Of a stretch of DNA of 64,000 nucleotides, positions 62,239-64,000 are shown piece by piece. The notes beneath the pieces were generated by a model. That model was not told where the DNA came from. It did not search any database and was given only the letters and a program-made list of their open reading frames with translations. The stretch's first letter is position 1, and each line of letters starts with the position of its first letter. Source of the stretch: an uncultured Nitrososphaeraceae archaeon (GTDB lineage Archaea > Thermoproteota > Nitrososphaeria > Nitrososphaerales > Nitrososphaeraceae); assembly GCA_963779615.1 (NCBI GenBank), contig CAVZZA010000005.1, positions 32,001-96,000 on the forward strand. Direction: 5' to 3'. A program made the translations under genes and the position numbers.

Positions 62239-62868
62239 TTATTCTTTTCTAGTATTATCACTAATGCTGGATACAGAATATAAGAGCCGCAGTTCTTTAT
62301 AGAGTGTTGCCTTTGATACCCCTAGCTCCCTGGCAATCTTTACTCGTGGTTTATTTTGAGCAAGCAGCTTTATTAGATTATCTTTATCCAGTTCCTTCTT
62401 CGGCCTGCCGATTATCTTTCCAACGGATTTGGCCCTGGATAACCCATCTTTTGTTCTTTGGACCAGCATTTCCCGCTCCCGTTCTGCAACCCACGTTAGG
62501 ATCCCTATCATGAGCTTTCTCACGCTGGGTTCTGTCATCTGTAAAAAGGATTCTCGGGGTGAACATGATATGAGGGGAGCATATGCCTCTATGGCCTTTA
62601 TTGCATCCAAGGTATCCCAAAAAGTGCGTCCAACCCTTGATAACTCATATATTAATATTGCATCAACTGATTCATTTTTTACGATACTGAGCATGTCTAC
62701 AAAACCTTTTCTTTTGACTGCAGGAATCTTGCCGCTAACTGCAGAGTCTTCAAAATACTCCAGTATCTGAAAGTCATGATTATCTGCCCACTTTTGCATG
62801 GCCAGCCTTTGATTTAATACTGTTTGCTCCTCTGTGCTTACCCGCAGGTATGCAAAGGCATATTTCAC
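62239..62868 (-). CDS. Serine recombinase (resolvase/invertase) with C-terminal HTH
   Basis: YLRVSTEEQ, SG...R, SRVGR, AEREREM..QRTKDGL, GRPK, IARELGVSKATLYK. Confidence 0.92.
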   Translation of the reverse strand: MKYAFAYLRVSTEEQTVLNQRLAMQKWADNHDFQILEYFEDSAVSGKIPAVKRKGFVDMLSIVKNESVDAILIYELSRVGRTFWDTLDAIKAIEAYAPLISCSPRESFLQMTEPSVRKLMIGILTWVAEREREMLVQRTKDGLSRAKSVGKIIGRPKKELDKDNLIKLLAQNKPRVKIARELGVSKATLYKELRLLYSVSSISDNTRKE

Positions 62869-63529
62869 AATAATTGTTATCTTTTCTATTTTATTTTGCT
62901 AAAGATCAAACATTATTAACAAACAGTACAAAAAAGGTAATTCCTCTTTTTAAACTGCCATATAGAATAATACGCATTTCAAAGGTAAAAAAACAGGGTT
63001 AGTTAATGCACGGTCTAACAACGGGTCCTTTTTTATACCAAACCACAATTCAATGTAGATAGCGAATATCGTTTTTGTGACTTTTCACGGTGTCTTTAAA
63101 GGGAGATTAGTTAAATTTTGATGGAATAAGATTAAAGACTAAAATATAGACACTACAATTAATAAGTCTACCAAAGATTCTAATTTACATTTATTTAAAT
63201 GCAATTCAATCTACAACTATTCAATATTTAACGCATTTTTAAAAAATATCATGATAGGCAAGTTTTTTATTTTTATGTATTAATTTTAGTTTTCCATATT
63301 TTTTCAAAATCTTAAGATCAACACAAAGGACGTTACATCTATTTGTTAATAATTACCGTTAGGAGTTTGTTGTTAAGATTTCATACAACACGACTATAAG
63401 CACAATTTTAATACATCTCCAAAAGGCTGATACAAACCCATTAAAAAAATAAAAAAATAAAATACGGTATTTTAAATCATGGATTAATTATTATAACACC
63501 TTTTATAATTGTCCTATTTAGGATAGAAT

Positions 63530-64000
63530 ATGTTGTATACAGATGAAAATAAGACTAACAACAGCAGATCTAATTCAGATAAAACTCTTATAGAAAATAT
63601 GATGGAATGTGTTTTAGATGGTGGGCAATTAGATTTCGAGGATGCTGAGTCTTTACTTTCTACAAATGATATGAACACTTTGGCTAATTGTGCAAATACC
63701 ATAACAAGAAAATTTAATGGCGAGTTAGTCGATATAGAAACTCTCATAAATGCAAAATCTGGGCGGTGCCCCGAAGACTGTTCATTTTGTGCTCAATCGA
63801 CCTTCTATAATGATAATACAGGTATCAACAAATATCCTCTTTTGCCAAAGGATGTCATCATAGAACAAGCAATAAGAGCAAAAGAGGGAGGGTCCACTAG
63901 TTTTTGTCTTGTATGTGCATATAGATCCCCACCAGAAAAGGACTTTGAGCAAATATGTGACACAATACAAGAAATTAAAAAAAATGTAAGGATAGACATT
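63530..64000 (+). CDS. bioB: Biotin synthase (radical SAM), runs off the window end
   Basis: Open frame from ATG 63530: INAKSGRCPEDCSFCAQS (CxxxCxxC), FCLV; absent from the ORF track because there is no stop in the window. Confidence 0.92.
   Translation, partial: MLYTDENKTNNSRSNSDKTLIENMMECVLDGGQLDFEDAESLLSTNDMNTLANCANTITRKFNGELVDIETLINAKSGRCPEDCSFCAQSTFYNDNTGINKYPLLPKDVIIEQAIRAKEGGSTSFCLVCAYRSPPEKDFEQICDTIQEIKKNVRIDI

Noticed and set aside
62239-62868. Recombinase as IS607 TnpA
   Set aside because: HTH is C-terminal (resolvase type) rather than N-terminal, and no tnpB is adjacent

Overview
Low-GC archaeal chromosomal segment, most likely an ammonia-oxidising archaeon of the Nitrososphaeraceae (Ca. 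Nitrosocosmicus-like). This is inferred from aRF1, aCPSF1, TFB, Rpo6, SRP54/19, S24e/S25e/S27ae, CdvB/ESCRT-III, F420 genes and methylmalonyl-CoA mutase/MeaB. Bases 1-57 kb are mostly housekeeping genes interrupted by three ~670-bp IS6-family elements of different ages, plus one tRNA-Thr(UGU). Bases 57-64 kb are an accessory, decaying zone: an IS630 relic, an HTH/coiled-coil pseudogene, and a serine resolvase between bioA and bioB. Main observations: (1) all six clear frameshifts in conserved genes are +1 insertions in or beside GTAC, probably a sequencing footprint of GTAC DNA modification; (2) a two-domain SDR resembles the aldehyde-forming half of Chloroflexus malonyl-CoA reductase, with an apparent Lys/Gln swap, and is a candidate acyl-CoA reductase of the 3HP/4HB cycle; (3) an unannotated 47-aa C2H2-like zinc-finger microprotein; (4) a perfect 22-bp palindrome upstream of bioA. 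Product calls rest on recognised motifs only; no searches were run.
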